Positions 39,301 to 51,723 of a stretch of 64,000 bases of DNA are shown piece after piece (the first letter of the stretch is position 1; every line of letters begins with the position of its first letter). The DNA is taken from positions 829,983-893,982 of the forward strand of contig NW_002060948.1 of the NCBI RefSeq assembly GCF_000150275.1, written 5' to 3'. Under the pieces are notes generated by a model. That model made no database searches. It saw only the letters and a list, made by a program, of their open reading frames with translations, and had not been told where the DNA came from. The position numbers and the translations under genes were made by a program. This DNA comes from Trichoplax adhaerens. Lineage: Eukaryota; Animalia; Placozoa.

Positions 39301-41650
39301 CGATAAAAGGAATAGGATTCCAATAAGTAAGTTACGTCACTGGTACGTAAACTATAATAAAAATTAGTGGTGTAAACTTATTAATAGTCGCGTCGATTTT
39401 ATTGAATAAAGAGGTATTCAATCTCGTATAAGATCATTTATTGGCAAAATAATTACGATTACAGATTTACAAGTGGTATTAAGGGCAAATGGGGGATAAA
39501 ATAGCAAGGCTTCAATAGTTCACTGAAGAATACGTTATAACTGTCTAAAATTTAATTTTTTATTACCAAAATAGGATACGGTTGTCTGACATTCAGGGAG
39601 CATAGTGCAAAACTTGCGATAAATTTTTACAGCAAATGATATCGAGCACTACGATAATGTCTTTTTACGGTAATAAATGTACAACATTTATGATTTTTCT
39701 TACAATCATGGCACATTTTTATTCGTTGTGATAGAACTTACTAGTAATGATAATATAATTGTCCAATCTTGCTGGCAATTTCGCCAATTTGCCATCGCTT
39801 TAAACTTAATTTATTGTCTAGGATTTGCCTATGGGGTAAATTACATCAGTATAACTATAATAATTCAAGAATGAGAGCTCTATATAATTAGTACATTAAT
39901 AGTGTAGATGAGATAGTATTTAAGTAGGATATATTATTTTTATTCTGTTGAGCTAAAGGCACGATTCTTTTATACTCGTAAGTATAGAATAACAAGTACA
40001 GAATGTAAACAAATACAACTTCTATAGGATATTTATTAATTATCCTATAAATTTATAATTTTTCATGATAATATTTTTGTAATAGTGACTGCAGCTAAGA
40101 TATTGGTGAACCCTATTCTTGTATGAGTACAGTAATAGATTACAGTAGAGAGGCAGATATTAAAGTTAGGATACGCATAATAAATTAGTGAAGCTAACAG
40201 TAAGTACATGGCTATTTGCAGATATAGATATTTTATATAGTTTATTGTAGCACACGCCTATTTTTCCTTGATGCTAAACGCATGGTTACATTTTATAGAG
40301 TATAGTAATTTAAAGGATTGTAGTGTAGTAGAGTAAAGCAACAACATAATTATTTTATATATCAGCATACAGCGATACTCACCTATGCTTTTGTTGAAAT
40401 TTCCATAACTGTAAATTAGAAAACATTGGTATAGGTAGAAAATTAGATATCGATTTAACATTAGTCTAGATTGGTATGATATCGAGCTTCATTTCTATTC
40501 TATCTAGTAGTAGAGCCTATTCATAATACTGTATGTAACTATCGTATCGCTATCTGACGCTATACTGGTACAATACAATATACGCGTACAGTCATTGCAC
40601 ACTGTTACAATATTGATATTCTTTATAAGTTACATGGATAATTATAATTGATAACTTCGGTAAAAGTGTGAATTATTTATTATTATAACCGTATTTAAAA
40701 TTAAATTAGTTATAGATTTCACATCCTCCCAATTAGCATGCTATTGTATCTTGTGTTCTATTTTAATCTACTGATATGTACTGTAGTACCATGGTTAGTT
40801 CTAATTCACGGCATTACTATCCTTTAGATATCTATTATCATGTGGATATTTATTATCGTTATCCGGTTGTTATAAAGTAATTACTGATGGTAATGCAATA
40901 AGACAGTGAATAGATAGCATTTATCTTTGTAATGAAGAATAAATAGCCGTTAATAACTAACGATTGGTGATAGTAACTTACTTTGGTGTAGACATCGAAA
41001 GTTTTAGCAAAATAATTCTGCCAATGGTAATGACCGAATTGCGGCAGTTCTCTAAGTACACATGGGAGCAAATAGTTATTATGATATCACAAGTTGAAAT
41101 TAATCTTTACAGTTCACGTAGTAGCTAGTGGCTTTTCATTTTATCGAGGTTAACAAATAGTAAAGCGTGATATTTATAAAGAGTAGCACGGTAGTGTCTA
41201 CATTTTTACAAGAATCTTCTTGCAAATCTATTGCTGTGTAATGCTAGTATATTATGTATAATAGAGAAGAGTCTGGTAAGTATTTCTCTTCACTTTAGTT
41301 GTTTTTGGTCCTGAATTACTTCCTACTTGGCTACCGTACTGCAATAAAAGCAATTCTACTACGATACGACTCCAGCAACAGGTATCATTTTTGGTATATT
41401 ATTGTATATATACAGTATATCATTGACGAGTTGAAATTCTACTGTGCAAATTGCAGTAGAGTAAAATTGGACATAGCAAAGACAAAGGTAAGGCAGCAAT
41501 ACTATGAATTGATTTCTTTTTCAACATTGACAGTGAAATGAATCACAGTGTGACATGGACTGATGAAACTTACCTCATGCCGTTAAATAATTGTTTGGAT
41601 TTATCCAATAAAGCAGTAAATTCTTCAACAATTTTATTCTCATTGGCCAT
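36389..41650 (-). CDS. SCAI: Protein SCAI (suppressor of cancer cell invasion), multi-exon
   Basis: MANENKIVEEFTALLDKSKQLFNGMR|ELPQFGHYHWQNYFAKTFDVYTK|LWKFQQKHR|...LKRWQIGEIASKIGQLYYHYY|LRTSDVTYLLESYSFY|...IKKLRYYARFIVVCLLL...QFIHDEFLRLL; stop at 36389. Confidence 0.92.
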
Positions 41651-42059
41651 ATTAACTGATGAGAATCAATCCTTCTAATGATTACCAATTAAAATGCAAT
41701 GCATCAACACTTGTCTACAATTGGAGTTTTACTCAATGGCTTTAGAATGTTGCTAGTTGATCGCATCCACTCTTCGAGTACAGTAGAGTGTACACATGGA
41801 TTGATGTTGTAGCTGCACCGCTGAATGGAGCAAGTCATGAGCAATACGATTGCTATCGAATAGGTCAGTTTTTCCCGCTATTTCAGGTCGCTATCACAAG
41901 TTAATGAAGGAGTGGAATATTGTACACTGAAAGAAATAAAAATGGATACGCTAAAGATCAGAAATGATTTCTGTCAAGAGTTTGTTTTTGAAATAAATGG
42001 CGTTGCCATATCATGACAACATGAATCACTGAATGGATGCTAAGGTACGCTTGCAGTCC

Positions 42060-42870
42060 AAGCCTACAGTACAGTACAGTACAGTAATTGTTGAGTACAG
42101 TATTTCTGTCTCTTTGTACTGTACACTGTAGACGCGTCGTCCCACGCATACTGTAAGGAGTAAGGATGAAAGGGGGGTGTACTGCGCAAGTGCAAATCAG
42201 TAAAAATCAGCCCGTGATTGATTGCTTACAGTAGAGTGTTCTACTAGTACTGTACAGTACAATGTACAGTACATTTTGATTCTCGTAGCAGACAAGTACT
42301 GTACTGTACTGTACTGTACACTGTACAGTACAGTCAGTACGATTTCAAGGTTTTTGTCGTGTTTACTACCGTCGCTTTGGTTCATGTTGCCCGACAGTTG
42401 CTTGACAACGAGGATCAGATGAGTATCACTGCTGTAAAACTGTGCAGGTCAACTACTGCCATCTACTGCACTGTACTCAGTGTACAGTACTACCATAGAG
42501 AGTGTTTTTTATACTGTACTGTACTGTGTAGAAATTCTTTTTTTCGCAACTGTACAAATTCTGCTCTGTAAAGTTGTCCCTTTCCCCACTTTTGCGGAAG
42601 GAAAGAAATACGCAGGCGCATTCTACCAGGAGCTGAAGTGCGCATCCGCGTTCCGTTCCATTCCGTTGTTCACCCCTAGATTTGACCTACTGTACAGTGT
42701 ACAGTGTACAGTACAGTGTACAATACTGTACTGTACTGTACTGTACTGTACTGTAGTTTAGTCAAGGTTGGTCAACCGGAGGTCCATGGCTTAGTACAGT
42801 ACAGTATTGTTGCGGTACTGTACCGTATACTGAGCTATTACGTAATTTTATGAGGTACAGTACGAGGTAG
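42060..42870. promoter_or_regulatory. Large TACAG/CTGTA island forming the bidirectional promoter between SCAI and CREBZF-like
   Basis: Dozens of pentamer units, including about six tandem CTGTA at 42724-42755, and NRF1-like GCGCA motifs at about 42610-42650. Confidence 0.6.
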
Positions 42871-43456
42871 TGCAGTCTTGACAAAAAATAATGTCACACA
42901 TAATGGTCGAATACGAGTGTTTTAGTAGGATGGTTATCTACAAAGTCACGACGGATAGGGTGACATTGCTTTTGCGCGTCCCGTTGTACAGTACCGAGTG
43001 TGAAGATCGGAGTGAACGTCGTCGAAACGTTCTGATAACGTTTTTATGGATCTTTCTGCTCGGTACACTACTTCTTCCTTTATACAATCTCTATTGGGCT
43101 GTGCGATGATGTTGGCCGAACAAGTTCATCTCTGGCAAAGGTCACCACCGTCAAAACGTCAAGCCAACGTTAAAACGACCCGTCAAATCGTCACTTCACC
43201 ACAGCGCTGTAGCGTTTCCAGTAGTTCGTCACCATTTCACGTCACACGTTGTTGATAAGGCTCAAATCGATATCTATTTCTTTCCTCCAGTCGCTTATGG
43301 ACTTTTTTTTCGCCATTTTTTCTGTTACTTATTGACCGCTTTTTATTTGTACTATTGCAATAGGAAATTGTACAATCTTCATTAGGGTAACAATAAGTGT
43401 GCTATAGTCTACTGCATTTTATCGCCCGCATCCAAAATTTGGAAATCGTTGGATTC

Positions 43457-44176
43457 ATGCAATATTTACTCTCGGAACTTTACGACGGCGGCATCTCGCT
43501 GTCCAATTCGACCGCTTGTCTATCTCCACCGTTAGACGGCAGTGAAGAAATGCCCCAAGATATATTGGACGCTACTGCCAGCAATAGCTACGATAATGCC
43601 CATAAATGGTTATTCACCTACGATGATCAATCGGCAAAAAGAGCAAAAAATGATATGGATAAAAGCAAGAAACAAGCTATGGCAGCCAAACTCAATCGAG
43701 AGAAGAAGAAAAAGTATATCTCTGAGTTAGAATGTCGCGTCAAAACACTCCGCGAAAGTGATAAGTTACAACGAGAGAAATTACAATTTGCCAAGGAACG
43801 AATCGATAGTTTAGAAAATGAAGTTAGCTATCTGAAAAGTGTCTTGGCCCATGATAGTCAACTTTCCAAGTTGTTAAGAAATATTCCCAATACACCCGAT
43901 GTGCAATTGGATTCTTCTTTACTCCATCATCACGCGCATACGATTGGCAATCAATCCAAGAGAAAATACAATCAGGACCAACCATTGCCTCCAGTTAGCT
44001 TGATTGATGGTGATCTAAATAGCGACGACGATAACATGGCGCCTCCTGTTTGCTGTAAAAAATTGCGTTCTAACGTTCAATCTGCTGCTGGAATATGCTT
44101 ACATGTGTCTGAACAAAAAGTGACGATTGAGCTATGCTCCGAATGTAGCCGTAAAGCATCTAGTCTGAACCACTAG
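43457..44176 (+). CDS. CREBZF: CREB/ATF bZIP transcription factor, Zhangfei/CREBZF-like, intronless CDS, 239 aa
   Basis: Basic region KKQAMAAKLNREKKKKYISELE lacks the canonical Asn, as in CREBZF. A leucine zipper follows, and the C-terminal GICLHVSEQKVTIELCSECSRKA matches the CREBZF tail motif. The first in-frame ATG is 43457. Confidence 0.82.
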   Translation: MQYLLSELYDGGISLSNSTACLSPPLDGSEEMPQDILDATASNSYDNAHKWLFTYDDQSAKRAKNDMDKSKKQAMAAKLNREKKKKYISELECRVKTLRESDKLQREKLQFAKERIDSLENEVSYLKSVLAHDSQLSKLLRNIPNTPDVQLDSSLLHHHAHTIGNQSKRKYNQDQPLPPVSLIDGDLNSDDDNMAPPVCCKKLRSNVQSAAGICLHVSEQKVTIELCSECSRKASSLNH

Positions 44177-45173
44177 CTGTTTCATAAAACTTTACTATTA
44201 TGAATTCTATTTAATGGTCTGTAATGCTATAAGCACTGATTTAGCATAAAAAAAATTTCAATTTGCTGTTAATGTAAAATGATGTATACTTAGAGGAACA
44301 TCCTTTCACGATTAATGAGTTATAATTATCAAGCTACTGTATTAATGAGGATGATTCTTGTAATACTATAGACGATAGTACTGTATTACAACTGCCTGTG
44401 CTTGTAGTAGCCAATACAGTGTAGTGATTGCATTGATTAATCATCATCTTATTAAAACAGATTGTCTCAAAATGGATCTCTTTTGTATCTCGTTTCTACA
44501 GATACCCGATTTTCAAATAAGGCTATGAAACTTAAAAATAATCCAAAACTAGAAATAACTAACTGGTAAAGTATTTGCCATACATCAATATAATCATTCG
44601 AAAAAGCAAATTTTTTGACAAACCTTCTCCATTTTTTTGTATATCATATTAATGCATATGCACGTAAACGCTAATACTATCGGGCTGTCGTTAAAGACTA
44701 TTCTAAGCGCGTAAGACTTTAAAGGTAATGCCCACTTAAAAAATCCAAATACTCATGAAGCGCTGGATACGAGTAGGTTAAACATACTGTAAGTAATGAT
44801 GTTTATCTTATTGTTGGCAACCAATATATTTTATTATTCAACGTTGTTGTGCCAAAGATTGATCATGTTGACGTTGAATTTGTTGAAATCATTTGCGCTG
44901 TGATATTTTGACCGATTTTTGTCAAGTGTTGAAGATCCACATTACATTAGTAACGTAGAAATAATGCGACTAGATAGAATGTGCTAGTATGATCAGACAA
45001 TCTCAGTAGGATATGCTTTCTGAAATTCGCATACCGTCTTCATGATGTCGATGTTATTCATGTATATGGCGTTATTTTTGCCGTCGTTATTATTCATAAT
45101 GATGATATACTCGTGTATATATATATATATACGGGTATATATACGCGTATTGCGTCTGCATGGTGTAGCCATC

Positions 45174-45216
45174 GACTACTAGAAAAGTATTAGATTTTCT
45201 CTCTGGTAGTCCTTGG
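45174..45216. mobile_element. Short decayed relative of the 10602-10721 MITE
   Basis: gactactagaaaag ... ctctctggtagtccttgg resembles both TIRs of the 10.6 kb element. Confidence 0.35.
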
Positions 45217-46488
45217 GGTAGCAATGACTACGAAAATTGGCCCTTAAATCGATGCTGTATTGTGTATCAAATCTATGAGATATCCCAGCATACATACGCA
45301 TGTTTAATTAAATAAGACGGTACTCGTGCACTAGATAGATGAAAACACCAGTACATTATACTTATTTGACCTTATGCGGTATAAAAAGTGCAGTTAATTA
45401 TACAATACTATATATGCCGACGCAGATACATACTGCAATATATTTGAATGCAAATGAAATGCTAACAGTGTTCGATCTTGCATGCCACGCTGCTGAGCAG
45501 CAGATATCGCAGAAATTAATAATAATATTAAGAAATGAAAACAAAACTGCATTGAACTGCAGTAGATTAACAACTTGGATGCCGTATGAAGTCATACGAA
45601 TCTTTAATCACTAATTTAAGTAACAGTACAACGCACATGAATTGTACTTCAGTGCGTAAATCTGTACTTGATCATCCTCTTCCAGGAGTCCCCCCTCTCT
45701 CTTTACGCATTAATCGGATTTAATCCTTACGATATGCATATTAGGAACGATTAATAAGATCCGTGTAGAATCTTCCCATTGTTATTCTATAACGTTTGCC
45801 ATATATCCTGATGGACTTTTTCTTTTTAAACAATGATTATGTATTTTGTTTTTTACAGAAAATAAAATGTATAACCTGAACCGAACTATTTAGGAGTTGT
45901 TTCTTTTTGTTTATTGATATGCTCATCCTATAATTTTAGGTCATGATGAACGTAGAAAATGAGTTGATAGTACTAATTACCCTACCCGTCTTCTAGCTGT
46001 CTGCCTAGTTGAGGCTATAAGTATTCGATAACAACAAGTGAAGCTTAATGTTATCATGTATTATAATACTGTATTCCAAATTTGCATTTTGAGTCTGTAC
46101 ACTTGATGGATAAATAAGTGGAGAATTTTAGTGTACAAGTGTCTATAAATCATCATCCATTCCTTAATCATAACTGACGAAGAGAAATTTATTCTATGAG
46201 ATTTTTAGTCAATTGTATATCATCTCAGCAAATAAGGCGGTTTTAACGGTTTTAATATACGAATATCATCGCTTACACAATTTCACACATTTCTACAATC
46301 AATTGTAATATTTAGAGATCGATGCAATGTCTCTATTTGAATCATACAGGGCGTAATGGATTAATTAGTTTGCACTGTACTCCAAATCCTATCCATCACC
46401 ATGGACACATGGAATCATATTATGGAGGAATTACAATTTCCTATTTAAAATTGAAGTGTAATTTGCTTAAAGAGCTAATATCAGATAA

Positions 46489-48751
46489 TTAAAGCTCTTC
46501 TTTCCTATCTATCTTGATCAATTCAACTTCAAATACCAGAGTAGCTCCACCTAGATAGTAAATAAACTTTTTACATTTAGGCATTGGAAACCCTTGTTTT
46601 CTGTTATAAAACGTTAGCTATAAATTATAAGATGCATCTTTAATAGCAATTGACCTGGAATTTTAGGAGGTGCACCAGAATCACCGTATCCTAAATTTGG
46701 TGGGATGATAAGTCTCCTCTTTTCTCCTTCACACATTCTGTAATAAGTGCAGTCATTACGCTTAGTAGAAATTTTTGGCTCGAAGCAATGTCCTATTCTA
46801 CAGGTGGATAGCTTGAAAGGACTGCAGTGCATATATACGCGTACAACTAATTAACTTGATAGTAGACTATTAGTAGTACAGTAATGCGCATATAATGTGT
46901 TATATACGTATATCCATCCTATTATCGAACATCTTTCTCTAGTTAATAATAATATTACTATCGATATTGATCACTACCTTTGAAGGTACGGTAAAAAGTT
47001 TGAATCTATTGGTACGTTATATTTTTATATGAGAAATATGATACAGTCGCGCAGACGAGTAGTTACAAGATTTAAGAGAGCTTACACATTACAAAGTATT
47101 CAAGGTCCTCAATACTTAGTGCGCAAATTACGTTTTTATTAACTAATTTTATTTCCATAACCATTTCGTTACTAACGTAATATTTATTGTATAGAATTTG
47201 CTGTGATTTATTACAGGACTATTTGATCTTACCTCAATAATCCTTGGTCCCAACCTACAAACAATATGCAATGATTGATTAATGATTTGGAAGCAATACT
47301 GTAGTTTTATTAAGTGTATCAATGAAACCATAAGCATTAAGTTCGATGATGCAGTAAATGATCTAGCAGTTGATCAGCAAATTTAACTGTAGTTGGATTA
47401 TACTTTTTTACGTAAAGAGCTTCTAAACACGACTCTATAGTAACTAGATCTATTACAATTTTCTAGTTTAGCAATGACATATAGAGGAAGACTCGTCAGT
47501 CTCGTTGTTTACATGTAATTTGTATTCGCCACTTCGTAGGAGAGAGATAGAAAGCACTACAATACCAAATAGTGTAATAGTATATAAATTTACCTTTTAT
47601 AACTTGCCCTGCACCTAACTTGAATACAAATGGATCTCCACGCCCAATGCTGCTGTCAAATTCTGTACCATCTTTTTTCAGAGTTCCCTAAATACGCGTA
47701 TGTGTTAATGATACATAGCTTGAAACAGTCCAACAAAACGTTGTGAAAGATATTACTCCCAAAGGACAGTACTGTGCTATGAGAATGTGTGGTTTCTCAA
47801 CGTTGTAATATTGTATAAAATACAAGAATTCAACATCAACGCATTGCTGTGTTCTTAAATTGGTTACGCTAAAATTGTATGATTACTAATATCCGCAAAG
47901 GCTGCAATATTTTTCAACTACTGTTTCAGTCTGTACTTATAAGCTTTTCATGCTGTCAAGTCCATTGCTACGAGTACTGTACAGTATATTAGTGGACTGA
48001 AGTTTATACACAGTATTTAAAGCGTGCAGTACTGCTATCCATTTCAATGATGATGGCTGATGACTACCATGAGCATTCGTTGCTGTACGCGTATGTATAT
48101 TTAACTTAGTCAGCGCTTCCAGACGACGATTAGTAACACGCTTGATGATCTATTACAATAAAAAGGAAAGAGTAGGTCTTGCAAGTGTTGTAGTTCTTCT
48201 ATCATTCAATAGACTGTCTTTTCCACTGTATAAGAAGTGGTTGCTAGCTAGAGCATCCTAGAACTTTTGTCCGTTGATTACAAAGCATACTAACCATTCA
48301 TCGTCACTATTTGTCATTAATTCTTCCATGATTATATAATATTACAGTCAAAGTACGAGTACGCACGCAGTATTATTGTAATTATTAATTCATTATTTGT
48401 CCAAGTCTTTATCAAGTTTATCTTCCATGCGCAAAGATGGCGTTACCCTTATGCGTGTTTGTTGGTTAATGAATTGTGCGATCAATAATGTTAGCAATTT
48501 TTCTTTTCATATCATAACTACTGTCTAGTACATAAGAAGAGGCTGATTAACCGAATGGAGAAGTTAACGTGCTTGCCAATTACCGTGTAGTGCATATGCA
48601 GAGTATCTCCTTTTTTAGATCGGATTTTACAGTCGGGGATTCTCTTTTTAATCCCAATTTGCAATTTGTCTTCAGCCAGGCCTGTATCCAAGAATACAGC
48701 GACCACGATGAATAGACAAAGGATCCAAGAGATGCTGCGTTTTAAATCCAT
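46489..48751 (-). CDS. FKBP2: ER peptidyl-prolyl cis-trans isomerase FKBP2 (FKBP13), 5 exons
   Basis: Signal peptide, [28 protein letters not shown]|[13 protein letters not shown]...[10 protein letters not shown]|GWDQGLL|[18 protein letters not shown]|[20 protein letters not shown] (KEEL ER-retention signal). Confidence 0.95.
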
Positions 48752-48894
48752 TCGTTATACGATTTAACGGTGGCAGAAAGAATTCTTCTAATCGTCGAGA
48801 ATGGGTTAATGGACTCTCTCGACAGCGTTAGCTTTTAGTCTTCACTTGAACTAGTCAGTTAGAACTTCGAAGGTGCCTGCAGCCAGAACACTAG

Positions 48895-49030
48895 TTGTAC
48901 AAGGTACAGTACAGTAGCTCATTTTCGGGCCACCGTGTAGTACAGTTCAGTATAGTAGGATTTTCTTCCTTTGTTACCTTCATGGACTACAGTGTACAGT
49001 GTACAGTATAGTACTGTACGCTACAGTACA
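48895..49030. promoter_or_regulatory. TACAG island upstream of FKBP2
   Basis: tacagtacagta and tacagtgtacagtgtacagta clusters 150-280 bp 5' of the ATG. Confidence 0.55.
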
Positions 49031-49038
49031 TCAAACTA

Positions 49039-49753
49039 ATGGCCAATGAAAGTGCAATAAAGGCTTTTTCGCGGCCATTTTTGGCATCAAATCAACTTAA
49101 TTTTTTAATATGTAGAATTCAATTTTAGTTATTGAAGCACGGTTAAAAATCCCTTAAAATAGACGAAAAAATAGAGAAAAATTCAATATTTCTAGAGTGA
49201 AAGATTTTACTGCTAATTCAGCTTTAGTGGCCGTAAATGACAATTTTAAAAATAGAACATTAGGATGAGTATAAGCATTAGACATCAGAAATCAACTTGA
49301 TTTTTTAATATGTAGAATTCAATTTTAGTTATTGAAGCAAGGCCCAAAATCCCTTAAAATAGATAAAAAAAAATAGAGAAAAATTCAACATTTCTAGAGT
49401 GAAATATTTTACTGCTAATTCAGCTTTAGTGGCCGTAAATGACAATTTTAAAAATAGAACATTCCAATGAGTATAAGCATTAGACTAAAGAAAAGATAGC
49501 GTTTGTCGCAAGAAATGGTTGATTGGCTTAAGAGTGTGCTGTTACTCATTAGAAAAGCTTGTAACAGCGAAATGACTCGCTCTGTAGCCTATTCAATATC
49601 TTCATATATCATATAAATAGAATGATAAAACTTCAAAATTTGGCACTTCTTTCTATGGATACGAAATAGCAAGTGCTCTATTTTTAGGTTTTAACAGCTT
49701 TTAGACTAGGATTTTGCATCTTCAATTTTCTTGATTGCACTTTCACTGGCCAT
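49039..49753. mobile_element. Non-autonomous DNA transposon (~715 bp) with 20-bp TIRs, TA flanks and an internal ~197-bp tandem duplication
   Basis: ta|atggccaatgaaagtgcaat ... attgcactttcactggccat|ta (one mismatch). Internal direct repeats at about 49089-49283 and 49289-49485. No transposase ORF. Confidence 0.8.
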
Positions 49754-49779
49754 TACTGTACAAGGAAACCTTTAAGCTT

Positions 49780-49965
49780 CGTACTGTACAGTACAGTACA
49801 TCTCTGCTTGGTACTGTAGTGTATTGTACTGTACAGTACTGTACTGTTTGCCAGATGTACTGGATCGTATCGGATCGTATCGGATCGATCTTGCCCCGTC
49901 CAGTATTACACAATAACGCGGTTCAGTTCAATTTCTCTGCCTTTCATACCCTTGGCGGCCATTTG
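49780..49965. promoter_or_regulatory. TACAG island and promoter upstream of SNRPD2
   Basis: tactgtacagtacagtac clusters, (ATCGT/ATCGG)n at 49864-49889 and YY1-like GGCGGCCATTT near 49953. Confidence 0.55.
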
Positions 49966-50007
49966 CAAACAAGGCTTAAACGTTGTGGGAATCCTTTGCC
50001 ATCCATC

Positions 50008-51723
50008 ATGACTTCGTCGGCGTACGTATCCAATAGCCTAGCCTTAGAATAATACAAGGATCATGATATTGATTGTATATTTATTTTTTTATCTTGGCTT
50101 TGAATTTTCATCCTTGTTGAAAGATTGATGTAGCGTACCTTCGTCTTGATACCCATAGTCCAAGTTGTGTAGTTAGGACGGACTAAGGTAGATGACTTGC
50201 CTTTGCAAAATTGCAGGTAGTAGCATTTAATAGGGTGGATAATCTTTGTCACAGGGTTCGTTGGCGCAAAGATGGAGTACCACTACCTTAGAATAGATAG
50301 AATGATATTAATTGTACGCTGATTTCTTATTTCGGATTTGAATTTTTATCCATGTTGGAAGATTAGTGTTGCGCACTTTCGTCTTCTTACCCATAGTGTA
50401 GTCGTGACAGTCTAAGGTGCATGACTTGCTTTTGCAAAATTGCAAGAAGTAGCAATCAATAGGGTGGATAATCTCTGTTAATGGGTTCGTTGGTGCATGG
50501 ATCAAATAGCCTTACCTTACAATGATCATAATGTTAGTTACATACTTACTTTTATCTCAGCTTTGAAGTTTCATCCATGTTGAAAGATTGGTGTAGCGAA
50601 ACTTCAATCTGACCCATAGCGTGTAGTCATGACAATCGAAGGGAGATAACTTGCCTTTGCAAAATTGCAAGTAGTAGCAACAAATAGTGCGGATAGTCCC
50701 TATTAAAGGGTTTATTGGCATATGCATTCTTACCTTAGAATAGTACAATAATCATGATATTAATTATAGACTTATTTTTATCTGCGATTTGATTTATAAT
50801 CCTTGTTGAAAGATTAATTTACCCTTGTGTAGTAGCTATGACAAATCTAAGCTAGTTGACTTGCCTTTGCAAAATTGCAGGTAGTTGCAACAAATAAGGT
50901 GGATAGTCTCTGATAAAGGCTTCGTTGACGCATTCATTGAATAGCATTGCCGTGGAAATGATTATGATATTAGTTGTGCTTCTTTTTTATCCATACTGAA
51001 AGATTGAAAGTTTTATGTAGCGCACTTCCATATTCTTACCGACAGTGTAGTGATGACAGTCTAACATAGAGGACTTGCCTTTACAAAATTGCAGGTAGTA
51101 GCAACCAATAGTGCGGATAGCCCCTGTTAAAGCTCACTTATTAGAGATAAAAGATGATGGTTGTTTGTAATTTTCACTTGTTATGTTATGCTATAGACTA
51201 GTTTATTAGCTAAGATAATTTGCTCAATAAGACTCGTAATAGTAGTTTCCTACTTTTCGCGTATGGAAAGCCCTGTTGTAACCACAATTGAATTTTGCAA
51301 CTTGCTATAATTTTAAATAGCTCATTGTTGATTTCAATAATAATCATAATTGGAATAAATCCATGTAGGCAAAAACCTAAATCTGAGATGACGCCAGAAG
51401 AGCTGGCCAAAGTGGAAGAGGAATTATTTAATACCGGCCCTTTATCCATTCTAACACAAGCTGTAAAAAATAGCGACCAAGTATTGATTAATTGCCGTAA
51501 CAACAGGAAGATTTTAGCGCGTGTCAAAGCTTTCGATAGGCATTGCAACATGGTATTAGAAAATGTCAAAGAGATGTGGACAGAAACGCCAAGGACAGGG
51601 AAAGGAAGGAAAGCTAAACCTGTCAATAAAGATCGTTATATTTCTAAAATGTTCTTACGTGGAGACTCTGTTATACTAGTATTAAAGAATCCGCTAACTG
51701 CTGCTGAAGTCCCTGATAAATAA
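50008..51723 (+). CDS. SNRPD2: Small nuclear ribonucleoprotein Sm D2, 2 coding exons
   Basis: Exon1 50008-50021 ATG ACT TCG TCG GC|GTACGT and exon2 51369-51723 [34 protein letters not shown]...[10 protein letters not shown]...[19 protein letters not shown]...[16 protein letters not shown]. The exon 1 assignment rests on phase and position. Confidence 0.93.
50042..51135 (+). repeat. Five diverged tandem units (~220-245 bp) filling the SNRPD2 intron
   Basis: Units start at about 50042, 50286, 50515, 50733 and 50951. Shared blocks: ccttagaat, atgatatt, atccwtgttgaaagatt, gacttgcctttgcaaaattgcargtagtagca, gtggata and ggttcgttgg. Confidence 0.92.

Noticed and set aside
41958-42761. Cys/Tyr/Thr/Val-rich ORFs (YCTVLYCTV, VQYSTVQ), also at 5.8-6.8, 10.2-10.5 and 49.7 kb
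   Set aside because: Translation artefacts of stop-free (TACTG/TACAG)n repeats.
50042-51135. Intronic box C/D snoRNA cluster in SNRPD2
   Set aside because: GTGATGA occurs only in unit 5 and the matching CTGA only in unit 4. No unit has both boxes or a terminal stem.
51210-51626. 138-aa minus-strand ORF and similar antisense ORFs within XDH and WDR81
   Set aside because: Antisense shadows of real coding exons.
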